Part shown: positions 51,598-63,226 of the stretch, piece after piece | Position numbering within the stretch: position 1 is the stretch's first letter | Layout of the letters: the number at the start of each line of letters is the position of its first letter | DNA from: an uncultured archaeon | GTDB lineage: Archaea; Thermoproteota; Bathyarchaeia; Bathyarchaeales; Bathycorpusculaceae | Direction: 5' to 3' | Length of the DNA: 64,000 nt | Assembly (NCBI GenBank): GCA_963782915.1 | Contig: CAWALK010000011.1 | Coordinates: forward strand, 64,001-128,000 | Translations under genes and position numbers: made by a program | The notes under the pieces: generated by a model | The model's input: the letters and a program-made list of their open reading frames with translations, nothing else | Told to the model about the DNA's origin: nothing | The model's database searches: none

Positions 51598-52077
51598 TTA
51601 TTTGAACACTCCATACGATACTTTGTGGTCTTGGATTGCGTCTCGGATGGATTTCTGGTGACCGTTTAGTCGTGCTGCTCCGCTTTTGACTTCAACGAAG
51701 CTTAAGGAATCCACTTTTCCGTTTGATAAGCCGTTGAATATTAGCATGTCTATGGGGTCACCTAATACTTTGGTGTCCGGTACAATCCATTTGAAGTCTT
51801 TTGCTACTGGCAAGACTTTTTCTAAGTTTTTACCAATGTTTACGGCGGTAGCTGTTTTTTGGGCTTTTTCAGTTGCTAACTTAAAGTTTTTTTCTAATTC
51901 TTTAGCTCGGTCAGTAATTGATTGTTTAAGTTCTTCTTGTTTTTTCAAGGCTTCTTTTGGAAAGGGTTTAGTTCCGTCAAAAAGGATAGCGTCGGCTATT
52001 CTGAATTCTTCGCCACAAGGGCATTCAGCAAAAAGTTCAGAAGCTTTTAGATTTTTCATTAATTCACTAGTTTTCAT
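51598..52077 (-). CDS. Holliday-junction-resolvase-like PD-(D/E)xK nuclease
   Basis: IGKNLEKVLP…LGDPIDMLIFNG…FVEVKSGAARLNGHQKSIRDAI. Confidence 0.85.
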   Translation of the reverse strand: MKTSELMKNLKASELFAECPCGEEFRIADAILFDGTKPFPKEALKKQEELKQSITDRAKELEKNFKLATEKAQKTATAVNIGKNLEKVLPVAKDFKWIVPDTKVLGDPIDMLIFNGLSNGKVDSLSFVEVKSGAARLNGHQKSIRDAIQDHKVSYGVFK

Positions 52078-52403
52078 TGCTTGCTTCCCTGATTGGAGCT
52101 ATCTTGGTGGGTTTAGTTTTAAAATTATTGGTAATCCGCTTGTATGAACCAGATCGCTCAGAAATTAGATAGCCAACCCCGTAATTGCTTAAGTGTTAAA
52201 TATAACTAGCCGTCGAAGGCGGTTGTTGGGTGAGAAGCGCCTGTGAGGTGCTAAATTCTGTTTTAGGTTGTAGGTAAATTTTAACACTATTCCAGTGTAG
52301 GATTTAGTGCTTTAGAATGAATAGACTCACCCGTAATCCGTTCAGAAATCAAATAGCCGACTCCGCAATCCCTGCTTTAGTGAGCATTGAGTACATTTTA
52401 GAA

Positions 52404-53846
52404 CTATTTTTTTACTACAATTTGCGGATAACGACAAGCCTTCATAAGATATTCATCAATATACCTTGCGGCTTTTCTCCCTGAACCCATAGCGCTAATA
52501 ACAGTAGCTTCACCGGTCGCAATATCGCCGCCTGCATATATCCCCGTGTGACTTGTTTGAGTTGTTTCATCTTCAGTTATTATGATTCCCCCATCTTTAA
52601 CACCAATACCCTTTGTGAAGCCTTGAACTATAGAGTTAGGCTTTCTTCCGATAGCAACTGCTACAAAATCCACGTCAATAATTTTTTCAGAACTTTCAAC
52701 TGGAATCGGTTTTCGCCGCCCAGAACTATCAGGTTCGCCAAGCGTCATTTGGACGTATTCCATATGTTTAACATGCCCCTCTTCATCAGCAATAAATCGT
52801 GTAGGTAGACTCAAAAATTTGAAGTCTATCCCCTCTTCTTCTGCATTTTCAATTTCTTCCTTTCTTGCAGGTAATTCATCACGAGAGCGACGATAAAAAA
52901 TTGAAACTTTTTCAGTTCCTAATCTTAGAGCCATTCTAGCCGCATCAATAGCCACATTGCCTCCACCTATAACCACCGCCTTCTTTCCCACCGCGATTGT
53001 TTTAAATTCTTGACAGTTATAAAAAAGATCAAGATTCACATACATGAGAAAATCATTTGCGGGATAAATACCTCTAAGATTTTCTCCAGGTATTCCCAGA
53101 GTTTGCGGTATTCCTGCACCTGCTCCTATAAAAACTGCGTCAAATCCCTCTTTAATTAGCGTTTCCGCAGCTGAGATTTTTGCTATCTGTAGATTTGTGT
53201 AAATTTTAACGCCTAAATCTTGGATTCTCTTAACTTCTCTTTTTATGATATACTTAGGTAATCTAAATTCAGGTATTCCATAAGCAAGAACGCCACCAGC
53301 GACAGGTAGGGCTTCAAAAATGACTACTTCATGACCAAATTTTGCTAAATTTGCTGCAACTGTTAGTCCAGATGGTCCTGATCCAATTATGGCTACTTTT
53401 TTTCCTGTGGATAGTGCAGGTCTTATCGAATAATTATCTATCTGTTTATCAGCTTCTAAATCGGCTACAAATCTTTCGAGTCTGCCAATCTGAACTGCAC
53501 AGCTTTTTTTTGCCATTAGACAAGACTTTTGTCATTGTTCTTCTTAAGGACAGATACGGCAACTAATAATCGGAAAACTGCTCTTTTCTTTAATTTTTTT
53601 TAGGGCTTGGTCATATTTTTTTTCTTTGACTAACCTGATAAATCCAGGAACGTTGATACCAACAGGGCAGCCTTTTGAACACTGAGGATTAGAACAAAGA
53701 AGACATCTTGAAGCTTCCTTTTGGGCTTGCTGTTCCGAGTAGCCCAAAGCAACTTCTTCAAAATTACAGATTCTTTTCTGAGCCTGCTGTTTTGGCATAT
53801 CGATGCTATGCCAACGGTCTTGAGCTGCTTTATTCTCTATACTCAT
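52404..53846 (-). CDS. GltD/SudA/NfnB-like NADPH-dependent flavoprotein (frameshift near 53545)
   Basis: NFEEVALGY…EASRCLLCSNPQCSKGCP, CRICP, GSGPSG, YGIPEFRLP, GGGNVAIDAAR, YAGGDIATG. Confidence 0.9.
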
Positions 53847-54262
53847 CCCTAATTTTTTACTCCCAGAGTTTTAGGGTATACTAGTGGTTAAGTTATCATT
53901 ACAATAAAGATTTTTCTATTATTAACTTAATTAGCATGCCATTTTTAAATACGGAGTTTCTTAAAAACCTGAAAAGATGTTTTTTCCTAAGGCTGAGACG
54001 GCGACTTTATTTAAAATACTTTGCCAATTATAAAAAGTTGAATTACCGTTTTAAGGGTGTGATAACTGGTAAGGAAACGGTTTAGGTTCCATGTTAGCCG
54101 TCGCATACAGCAAGCGCAATACTCTAAGAACATCGTCAATTGCCTGGAAAAGGTAAACGGTTTACCGCTCTAAATGGCGCTAGTTATTCGGATAAGATAA
54201 GCGATTAATAAAAAAATTAAGGGAAGCCGCCAAAATGTGGCGCTTCTATTGGATTGGTTAAT

Positions 54263-54388
54263 TTAGGAATCGATTAAGTGTGCTGTGCCGTCGGGGCAGA
54301 AGACTTTGTCGCCTAAATTTGCTTTGCCAAAACGTCGCTTGCATTCAGACATCATTTGAGAGCAGCCATCACAATCTCGTGATAACAT
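54263..54388 (-). CDS. 41-aa Cys/His microprotein (not in the ORF track)
   Basis: MLSRDCDGCSQMMSECKRRFGKANLGDKVFCPDGTAHLIDS*; GAGGTG upstream; hairpin GAAGC…GCTTC with a T-run downstream. Confidence 0.6.
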   Translation of the reverse strand: MLSRDCDGCSQMMSECKRRFGKANLGDKVFCPDGTAHLIDS

Positions 54389-54800
54389 TTTATTTCTAAA
54401 CACCTCTCTATTTATTAAATCTTGCATATGTGAAGGCCAAAGAAATAAAGCTTCTGACTTTTTTCCAAAAAAGTACCCGATGCTTTAGCGTTCACCAGAA
54501 TTATATATTACCTTTAACAATCATCACGGGGGAAAAATATGGGAAGATTGAGAGGCTTATCCATAAGAATAAATGGGTTTTTTTACAAATGCGAATACAC
54601 AAAGAAATGTGATAAAACAACAATACAGTGCTCACATGGCGGCAATAGCTATTGTGGAGAATACCACAGAAAAGTAATAAGCAGTTAATGCTAACGAGAT
54701 GGATGAAAAAACTTCAAACGCTACTATCATGCAATAGCAGCTTCTGTTATAGTGTTGATGAGGAATTACCCACAGCGTTCTAGGTACACATGAAGGCCGT

Positions 54801-55142
54801 TCAGATGCCAGGTCCTTCGAGCAAATCTTTGATTTGAGCGTAAACCTCAAGAAACTGGTATCCTTTTGTTGTTATTATATACTTACCGTTCTTTTTATCA
54901 AGTAAACCCTGTCTTGTTAGGGGCGTCATCATTTTTTTTAGTTGGGAATAATTGAGGTTAGCGTTATACATAATGCTGGTTTGGGTTTTTTGCTCCCTGC
55001 AGAAAAGCAAGATTTCACCCATAACGTCGAGTTGTCCCCTTCTTGCGCCTTTAGAGAAATTCCAGCCTATTTCATGTTTCAGAAGCATATGAGTGAGCGC
55101 GCCTGAATTAAACTCTGAATTTCTCTGTTGAATAATTGTCAA
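54801..55142 (-). CDS. Winged-helix transcriptional regulator (ArnR1/DUF4364-like)
   Basis: RRGQLDVMGEIL…TSIMYNANLNY…YIITTKG. Confidence 0.85.
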   Translation of the reverse strand: MTIIQQRNSEFNSGALTHMLLKHEIGWNFSKGARRGQLDVMGEILLFCREQKTQTSIMYNANLNYSQLKKMMTPLTRQGLLDKKNGKYIITTKGYQFLEVYAQIKDLLEGPGI

Positions 55143-55359
55143 GTTACCCTTTCCTTAGTTTTAATCTCTAAGGGCGCTCTTATGATTCATAAACAAATGT
55201 GACTGTGCATGAACAATAACAGAGCACTCACTTGATCATATGTCACAACAGAACATAGACAGATTCTATCTTTGTGCGTTTTCGCTTTTGCGGTTGTCTG
55301 GCTACAGTCACATACGCTTAAGAACAGTCTACCGCTCTCTAACTATTCAGGTGAAAATA

Positions 55360-55542
55360 ATGAGCAACAAAGAACCCCATAAACCTCACACATTAGGTGC
55401 ACCGTCATCTCAAGAAGTTCCCATAGGTGGAGTTAAACCCAATCAAGTTCCTTGCCCAGACTGCGGCAAAACTTTCAAGACTAACTCGGAAATGGAGAGG
55501 CATCGAGAAACAACGCATCATGAATTAAAAGGTCACGAGTAA
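55360..55542 (+). CDS. C2H2 zinc-finger microprotein
   Basis: CPDCGKTFKTNSEMERHRETTH; GGTGA SD before ATG 55360. Confidence 0.75.
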   Translation: MSNKEPHKPHTLGAPSSQEVPIGGVKPNQVPCPDCGKTFKTNSEMERHRETTHHELKGHE

Positions 55543-55680
55543 AAACCCTGTGCTGGTTGCTTCCAACATGGCCCTTAACGGATCCTAATTTTTTCGGACG
55601 TTTTTTGTGTTTTTTGCATTTTGGCTATTTGGTAAATTGTTTAATAGGTAAGTTGATTGTCTTCTTATGGGTAACAGTCT

Positions 55681-56538
55681 ATGTCTAAAATAGTGATAAC
55701 AAAGGGAACCCTACTTCTTGTGATATTGGTGTCAGCCTTAATTTCAGGAGTCACCGCTGCAAGTATTTCAACCCTAGTTAAAAATTCCCAAAGCTTGCAG
55801 TCGACAACCGGTGCAACAGGTGTCAATGGCACAACAGGTTTAACAGGATCAAGAGGAGAAATAGGCGCAACCGGCCCAACTGGACCTATTGGACCAACGG
55901 GAGCAACTGGTCCCACAGGCGTAAAAGGAGATACAGGCGCTACAGGAACTAACGGTGCAACTTGGCTCACTGGAACAGGCGCACCGCCACCAAGCTTAGG
56001 CACAAATAACGACTTTTATTTCGATACTGCAAGCAGTGATGTATACAACAAGGCTTCCGATGTCTGGGTAAAAGTGTCAAACTTGAGAGGTGCAACCGGT
56101 CTAACAGGAGTTAAAGGTGATACGGGACAGCAAGGTCGACCAGGAGCGACAGTGACTAATTACACAAACATAGGATATGTTGGTATGCTAAGTTATGCTG
56201 GCAGTAACATTGGTAATGTTGCTATAACGGCACCCGTAAACGGTAGCATTCACATAACGTTAACCGGCTATGTTCAGATGTTTAAGAATAATTCTTGCTT
56301 ATTCGGTATTGGTTCAAACCTTGGGCTCACTGATTTAGATGTAACGTATGCTGGAATATCTACCGCAGGTTCAACATCTGAGCAGACGATGTATAGCCTC
56401 ATGTCACAAGCTGTTGTTCCGGTTACAGAGGGTAATACGTATGTGTTTTATGCGTCTGGATATAAGTGGGATTTTGATGACAGTGCGGCCATGACTCTTA
56501 ATAGCGTAAAATTAACAGCCGTGTTTTCAGAACGATAA
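55681..56538 (+). CDS. Collagen-like (Gly-X-Thr) surface protein
   Basis: Signal/TM helix, [16 protein letters not shown] repeats, WLTGTGAP…DFYFDT…DVY motif, beta-sandwich C-terminus. Confidence 0.85.
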   Translation: MSKIVITKGTLLLVILVSALISGVTAASISTLVKNSQSLQSTTGATGVNGTTGLTGSRGEIGATGPTGPIGPTGATGPTGVKGDTGATGTNGATWLTGTGAPPPSLGTNNDFYFDTASSDVYNKASDVWVKVSNLRGATGLTGVKGDTGQQGRPGATVTNYTNIGYVGMLSYAGSNIGNVAITAPVNGSIHITLTGYVQMFKNNSCLFGIGSNLGLTDLDVTYAGISTAGSTSEQTMYSLMSQAVVPVTEGNTYVFYASGYKWDFDDSAAMTLNSVKLTAVFSER

Positions 56539-56631
56539 TTCAATTCCTATTGTCGAACCCCTTTTTGGGGGATAGTTGAAAATACTCAAAGTCTCCCTTT
56601 ATTATTATGAAAGTTCGCAAAAGCTTTGCTA

Positions 56632-57587
56632 TTAATCAGCAGACTCTTCAAGAGAGTTACTACTCAACTGCCTTCTCCTAATAACCGCCGCTATACCTAA
56701 TGTGGTACTCATAATAACGGCTGCTACTATTCCTCCTAGTATACAAATCGTTTTGTGTAATTGTGTTAGTGAAAACTGTTGTTGCCTTAGGTTTTTCTGT
56801 AGAGTTAGGTGTTGATGAGGGCGTTGGTTTTGTTGTGGGATCGATTGTTGGCTGGTTGCTTGGTTTAGGTGTAGGGTTGGCTTGTTGTGGTGTCGAGGTT
56901 GGGTTGAGTGTTGATGGTTGGGTTGGTTGTGCAGTTGGCTGAGTTGGGTGTTGGGTCGGGGTTGGGGGATGGAGTAGTTGTGGGCGTCTAGAGTATCAGT
57001 GAGAGGATGGTTATAGGTGTCGGCGTTGGTGGTAATGCCACGGTATTAATCATAATACTGTGGTTGTCTGTAACATTTGTGAAAGTATAGTTATCCATAA
57101 TTGACACGGGATATCCATCCACAGCAATTTGGCTTATCACATAGCCTGTATTGGCAGAAAAGTTGAAGGTTGTTGAGCTGCCGTAAGCAACCTGTAGGGC
57201 GCCTGATGGATTAATTGTCGAGTGACTATCACAAGAAGATGTGATTGTGTAATTGATGATGCTTGCTTTAACGTCGATAGTGTGATTTGATATGATGTTT
57301 GTGAAAATATAGTTTCCAGTTATTGCTACTGGTTTGCTGTCTACTGATACGCTCGTCATAACGTACCCTGTATTAGCGGAGTATCGGTAAGTTTGAGTGC
57401 TCCCATAATTAACGACGGCTAAACCTATGGGGTCTATTTTTGAGTGGGTATCAGCTGAAGCGGTGATCATGTAAGTATCCGCTGCTTGGACTGCTTGAGT
57501 TTGTGCGATTGATAGCGCGGTTATCGTTAAAAGTAGTATTAAAATAAAATCAATTTGGGAGCGTTTTTTTATTATCATCTTTTCCAT
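56632..57587 (-). CDS. Surface protein with two InlB-B-like repeats, PT-rich linker and C-terminal TM (frameshifts)
   Basis: Repeat YxITAS…IxPxG…VxYGS…SANTGYV…VDG…YxFTN…NHxI twice; tail read by hand ILGGIVAAVIMSTTLGIAAVIRRR. Confidence 0.75.
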
Positions 57588-57863
57588 CTTAAAGGCCAGT
57601 TGTTTTCCGAATTAGCGAAAATTTGGGTGTGCTTGCGTTATCTCGGTTTGGATCATATTAAAATGGTTGTGGATACAGGGGTGAGTCAACATACTTTTTA
57701 ATAGTCACCGATTCAGGCTCCATATTAGCCGTCGGTTGTTAGTTTCGAGAGTTATTTTTGATTTTTGGTTTGTTTGTTGGGTGGGTTGTGTTGGTTGTTG
57801 TTTTTTGGTAAAGACATTTAAAAAGGTTAAGAAGCTATGAAAAAGAGTAGTGAAGGGCTGTTT

Positions 57864-59204
57864 TTATCCTAGGCCTATGGCGGCGAACCTCAATTTATCC
57901 GTGAAGTCTTTTGGGTTGTAGATTCTTCTGCCGTCTATGAGGATGGGTTGCTTCATGAGTGAGAGGAAATCTTGTGGTGTGAGGGTTTTGAATTCGGGCC
58001 ACTCTGTTACGATTATGGCGCAGTCGGCGTCTTTGAGGCATTCCTTGGCTGAAGCAGCGTAGTGTATTGTGTCTTTGAAGATGCTTTTGCTGTGGCGGTG
58101 GCGACGGGGTCATATGCTGTTATGTTTGCGCCTTGCGCCTGCAGCGCCTTTACTATCGGGACCACTCGGGCTTCGCGCATATCATCAGTATCGGGCTTAA
58201 ACGCTAAACCGAGAAGCGCTATTTTTTTATTTTTAAGCGACCCGAGCATCTGCACAGCAAAAGCCACGGCTTTGAGCGGTTGATTCCAGTTAACATGCTC
58301 CACCGAATCCAACAATTCAGGCACATAACCCGATGCCCTACTGCATGCGATGAGGGCTTTGACGTCTTTGGGGAAGCAGCTGCCGCCATAGCCAAGTCCG
58401 GCGTCGAGGAAGAGTGGTCCGATGCGTTTATCCAACCCCATGGCTAAGGCGACGTCTTTGACGTCGGCGCCGGGGATTTTTTCGCATATGTTTGCGATGG
58501 TGTTTATGAAGCTGATTTTGGTTGCGAGCATTGCGTTGCTTGCGTATTTGATGAGTTCCGCCGTGGAGAGGCCTGTGCGGATAATCGGGGGTATGTGGCC
58601 GCTGTAGAAGTCTCGGTAAAGCATTTCCAATTTGTCGCCTGCTTGTTGGTCGTAGGAGCCTATGACTACGCGGTCCGCGTTTAGGGTGTCTTGGAATGCG
58701 GAGCCTTGGCGGAGGAATTCGGGGTTCATGCACAACCCGAAAGTCTACTCCGCAGATTTTGCCGGATTCCCGCTCAAGCAGGGGCTTAACAACATCGAGA
58801 GTGGTTCCGGGCACAACAGTGCTCTTGATAATGGTGACGTGGTAGCTGTTTTTGTGTTTAAGCGCTCTTCCGATGTTAACGGCTGCGGATTGGATGTATT
58901 TGAGGTCGATGCTGCCGTCGTCTTTGCTGGGGGTTCCAACAGCCACATAAGTAAAATCGGATTCAGCAACCGCCCGGTCCGTATCGTTAACGTAACCCAC
59001 AAGATTGCCCTTCTGGATGCTCTCGGTAAGTTTTTCTTGCAGCCCCGGCTCAAAAAACGGTGGAATGCCCTGGTTTATTTTTGAGATTTTTTCTGCATCA
59101 ATATCGCAGGCGACTACGCTGTAGCCTTTGCTTGCTAAACCCACTGCGGTGCATAAACCGACGTATCCAACGCCGATGATCGAAATTTTTGGCTGTTCAT
59201 TCAA
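57864..59204 (-). CDS. ugd: UDP-glucose 6-dehydrogenase (two frameshifts)
   Basis: IGVGYVGL, AVGTP, KSTVVPGT, NPEFLRQG, GYGGSCFPKD, GLAFKPDTDDMRE. Confidence 0.93.
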
Positions 59205-59299
59205 ATCGTAGACCCCAAGCTGACGTCTAATTCGAATTTAGTAATCATATTAAATATATATTGGTTAACATTAACGAAGAACAGATAAGAGGGCGCTTA

Positions 59300-60169
59300 A
59301 TGGTTCGCAAGGTCATCATCCCAGCAGCAGGTTTAGGCACACGCCTATTCCCAGCAACAAAAGAACAACCAAAAGAGATGCTGCCAATCTTTTCCAAAAC
59401 CATCCACGGCGACATGATGGTAAAGCCTGTGGTGCAGCTTGTTTTTGAGCAGTTACATGACGCGGGCTTGCGAGAGTTCTGCTACGTCGTAGGCAGAGGC
59501 AAACGTGGCATTGAAGACCATTTTACCCCTGACGCGGAATGCATACGAATGCTCGAAGCAATGGGCAAAAATGGTCAAGCGTCCGATTTAGAGAGTTTCT
59601 ACAAGAAACTTGAAACTTCTACGATTATGTGGGTTAATCAGCCTGAACCAAAAGGCTTTGGCAATGCTGTATTGATGGCACAACCGTTTGTGCAAAACGA
59701 AAGCTGCTTAGTCCATGCAGGAGACAGCAGCATAATATCCAAAAACATGGACTACGCCAAGAGGCTGCTTGAGTGTTTTGAGAGGTTAAACGCGGATGCA
59801 GCGTTTCTCGCCTTAGAAATAGACAATCCCAAGCAATATGGCATTGTTGAAGGGGAAGAAGTTGAACCTGGAATAATCAGGGTACAAAAAGTCGTTGAAA
59901 AACCAGATCAACCAAAAACCCACATAGCAATAATGGCCATGTATGCGTTTCACCCGGTAATCTTCAAAGCCTTAGAGGCCACAAAACCCGGCAAAAACGG
60001 CGAAATCCAACTAACGGATGCCATTCAGAAGCTTGTCGATTGGGGATTGAAAGTTTATGCCATCAAACTTGATAAGAACTATGAACATTTAGATATTGGC
60101 AGTCCTGAAAGGTACTGGCAAGCCTTAGAACTGTCATATAAACAATTCTGCAAGAGCCCACAACAATGA
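59300..60169 (+). CDS. galU: UTP-glucose-1-phosphate uridylyltransferase
   Basis: IPAAGLGTRLFPATKEQPKEMLP, EKP, GEIQLTDAI. Confidence 0.9.
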   Translation: MVRKVIIPAAGLGTRLFPATKEQPKEMLPIFSKTIHGDMMVKPVVQLVFEQLHDAGLREFCYVVGRGKRGIEDHFTPDAECIRMLEAMGKNGQASDLESFYKKLETSTIMWVNQPEPKGFGNAVLMAQPFVQNESCLVHAGDSSIISKNMDYAKRLLECFERLNADAAFLALEIDNPKQYGIVEGEEVEPGIIRVQKVVEKPDQPKTHIAIMAMYAFHPVIFKALEATKPGKNGEIQLTDAIQKLVDWGLKVYAIKLDKNYEHLDIGSPERYWQALELSYKQFCKSPQQ

Positions 60170-60211
60170 TAGATAATATAATCCGTGAAGACCTTGAAAA
60201 GATAAAGAGCG

Positions 60212-61183
60212 TTGTCCCGGCAGATTATTTATGCTGGAAAAAAAGCTTTAGTTACCGGGGGCGCCGGTTTTATTGGCAGTTGGCTTTGCGACGTACTAAT
60301 TGGCTTTGGCGCAAACGTAACAGTCGTTGACAATTTCTCTACGGGTCGAATGAAGAACATAGAGCACCTTGTGGGCAACAAGCAATTCCAAATAGTCAAC
60401 GCAGATGTGTGCGATTACAATAGCGACGCAAAATTTGACGTTATTTTTCATATGGCGGCACATGCTTCGCCTGACGAGTACATGGCCCATCCTATAGATA
60501 CCTTAATGACTAGTGCATTGGGTACACAGAAACTTGCGGAGTTAGCTAGGAAAAACGATGCTACACTGTTGTTTGCGTCTACTTCTGAAACCTATGGTGA
60601 CGCAGAGGTGATACCTACGCCTGAGAGTTACTGGGGAAAAGTCAACCCCATAGGCCCCGCTCATGCTATGACGAGGGTAAACGGTTTGCTGAAGCATTAC
60701 TCATGGCATACAATAAGCAGTACGGATTAGATGTTAGGGTTCCGAGAATTTTCAATTCATACGGTCCACGATTAAGAGAAGACGGATTATACGGCAGGGC
60801 ATTATCCCGCTTCGTTCTGCAGGCGTTGACTAATCAGCCTATAACCGTGTATGGGGATGGAAAACAAACCCGTTCATTCTGCTACATAACCGACACTGTA
60901 ACGGGATTGATGCTTTTAGCGGCGAATGCTAAGGCGAACGGGGAAGTAGTAAACATTGGCAATACCCAAGAAACCACGATATTGGAATTGGCGCAGAAAA
61001 TCAAGGAAACAACAAAGTGCCAATCGAACATAGAATTTTAGCCCGTTGCCTAAGGACGACCCAAAGAGGCGCCGCCCAGACACAACTAAGCTTGAAGGGA
61101 TAGTTGGCTGGAAACCCAGCGTCAGTCTCGAGGAAGGGCTCAAGAGAACTATTGAGTGGTTCTCCAACAAAGCCCCTACTTGA
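60212..61183 (+). CDS. UDP-glucuronate decarboxylase-like SDR (two frameshifts)
   Basis: GGAGFIGS, ASP..Y, ASTSETYGD, YWGKVNPIG, RIFNSYGP, GKQTRSFCY, DDPKRRRPD. Confidence 0.9.
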
Positions 61184-61221
61184 ATATAACTTTAAATCAA
61201 AATTAACCTTTACACCTAAAG

Positions 61222-62680
61222 GTGACGCTTAGCCCAAAAATAAGAAAAAATCAAAAAGAGGCTTCCAAACATGGAAGTGGCAAACATTTTAGCAAAAAAG
61301 GCAAAGCTCTAATTGGAATCACACTTATTGCGGTTGTTTTGGTTTCCTGTTTCGTATTCTATCTAACGGCGAATACAACTTTGCCGCCAACAAATAATGG
61401 TCCGACTGCTTCAGCAAGTTGCACTCCTGGAGCAACAACAAACAGTAGCCCTACTGCTACGCTAAACAATTCCACTCCCAGACCGTCTACACCTCCCCAA
61501 CCCATTCCGACTCCAATCAATCCTCTTGATGAAAGTTACAAAGTCGTAAAAAATAACAACCTCACCAAAGAAACCTGGAAAAGAATAGGCGATTACGCTT
61601 GGGCCTATTTCCAACCTGGATCAGGAGTTGATCCAAATACAGGACTACCAGGATCAAGCCCAGGGTACCCCTACTTTACGGATTGGGACTTAGGAGTATA
61701 TGTCCAAGCTGTCCTTGATGCACAGGCAATAGATTTGATTGGTACAGGTGGTACATGGGGAGCTAACGACCGCCTGGAAAAAGTAGTAACTTTCCTTGAG
61801 AACCGCGAACTCAATGCAACCACCCACTACCCATTCTGGTTCTATAGAGGTGACGGCACCAACTACAAAGATGAGTCCGACAAAGCCACAACCATAGTCA
61901 ATACAGCTGATACTGGTCGATTATTGGTCGCACTTAACAATACCAGAACCTACGGAGCGAAAAATGACCCTACATTAGTAACCCGTATCAACACTGTAAT
62001 TTACAATGTAAACGGTAACAGATCCGACTATGCGGCTTTAGTGCCGGGCATAAAAATGGAGAGCACCTACTCAACCAACATCTATACTTACTACTTAGCC
62101 GCCGGTTTTGCAGGTTTTTGGCCCAAAGAACTCGCCGATGCTCAAACTTCAATTTTAAATAACATTATGAACTCTGGCACTGTAACCACTCCGGAAAATG
62201 AAACCTTACCAAAGAGCAGACTTACGGGCGACCCATTATTCGGCGCCATATTTGACCTCAATAACAATCCACCACAATTAACAACAATAGCAAAACAAAT
62301 GTATCTCGCCCATGAAGCCTATACCAAAAGTACAGGTGATGTATCGAGCGTTTAGTGAAGGACCAACCGGGTCAACCTATTGGGCTTATGAATGGGTAGT
62401 ATACGATGACAAAACCTGGGTTGTGCGAACAGCATACGGAGACTACAATATAACGCCCATAATTTACACAAAGATAGCATTCAGTTTCTTGGCTGTTTAT
62501 AATACAACCTATGCCAGAAACATGGTAATATTCCTTGAAGATAACCTCGAAAAACCGGACAGGGGATACTACAACGGCATCAACGAAGCCGGAACACCAC
62601 TTGCAGATTCAGGCATACATACTGATGGCTTAATTTTAGGCGCCTGCAAATACGCTATTCAGCATTACCCCAACCCCTAA
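61222..62680 (+). CDS. DUF3131-like membrane-anchored protein (frameshift near 62340)
   Basis: TM plus PT linker; AWAYFQPG…TGLP…FTDWDLGVY…ADTGRLLVAL. Confidence 0.75.
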
Positions 62681-63226
62681 TTTTTCGGAGCTCAAATATT
62701 TTGCTGGTACTAATCCAGACAAGATACTCGTTTCGGCAAAAGTTATGCTTGCCGAAGAAAAAATGGATAAACCCATTTGGCGACAGAACCAATGGATTAA
62801 AAATATTGAAAGCAGTAAGTATTTGCAATTGATGTTTACCCAAGCAATCAAGTGCATTTGTAATTACCTTCAAGTTGTTATGCCCTCTAAAGCGACTCCT
62901 TTTTCCTTCCCAATTTTGCAAGTTAGCTAAGAGTACATTAATGAATTGTAGCTAACATGTACCCACATAGTTTTTTATTATTAGTAAAGTCAACAGTGGG
63001 TAGAGCAGTAGCTGATTTGAACCCCTGCCCCTTGCAAGACGCCGATAGCGCCGCCGTATTTTTGGGTAAATCAAACCCTTGCGTGTTCAAGAATTAATTG
63101 CATAAACCTTGATTTGCGTTTTAACATTCAAGGTGACTTTTGTTAATGTAGACGGCGTCCTGTAAAATCGGTTTCTTGTGAGGCAAGCAGCTTCAATCGC
63201 TATTATTTTTTTAAGAGGTTGCTTGC

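Noticed and set aside
62995-63056. tRNA-like GGTTCAAATC on the minus strand
   Set aside because: No complementary T-stem, acceptor stem or cloverleaf could be built.
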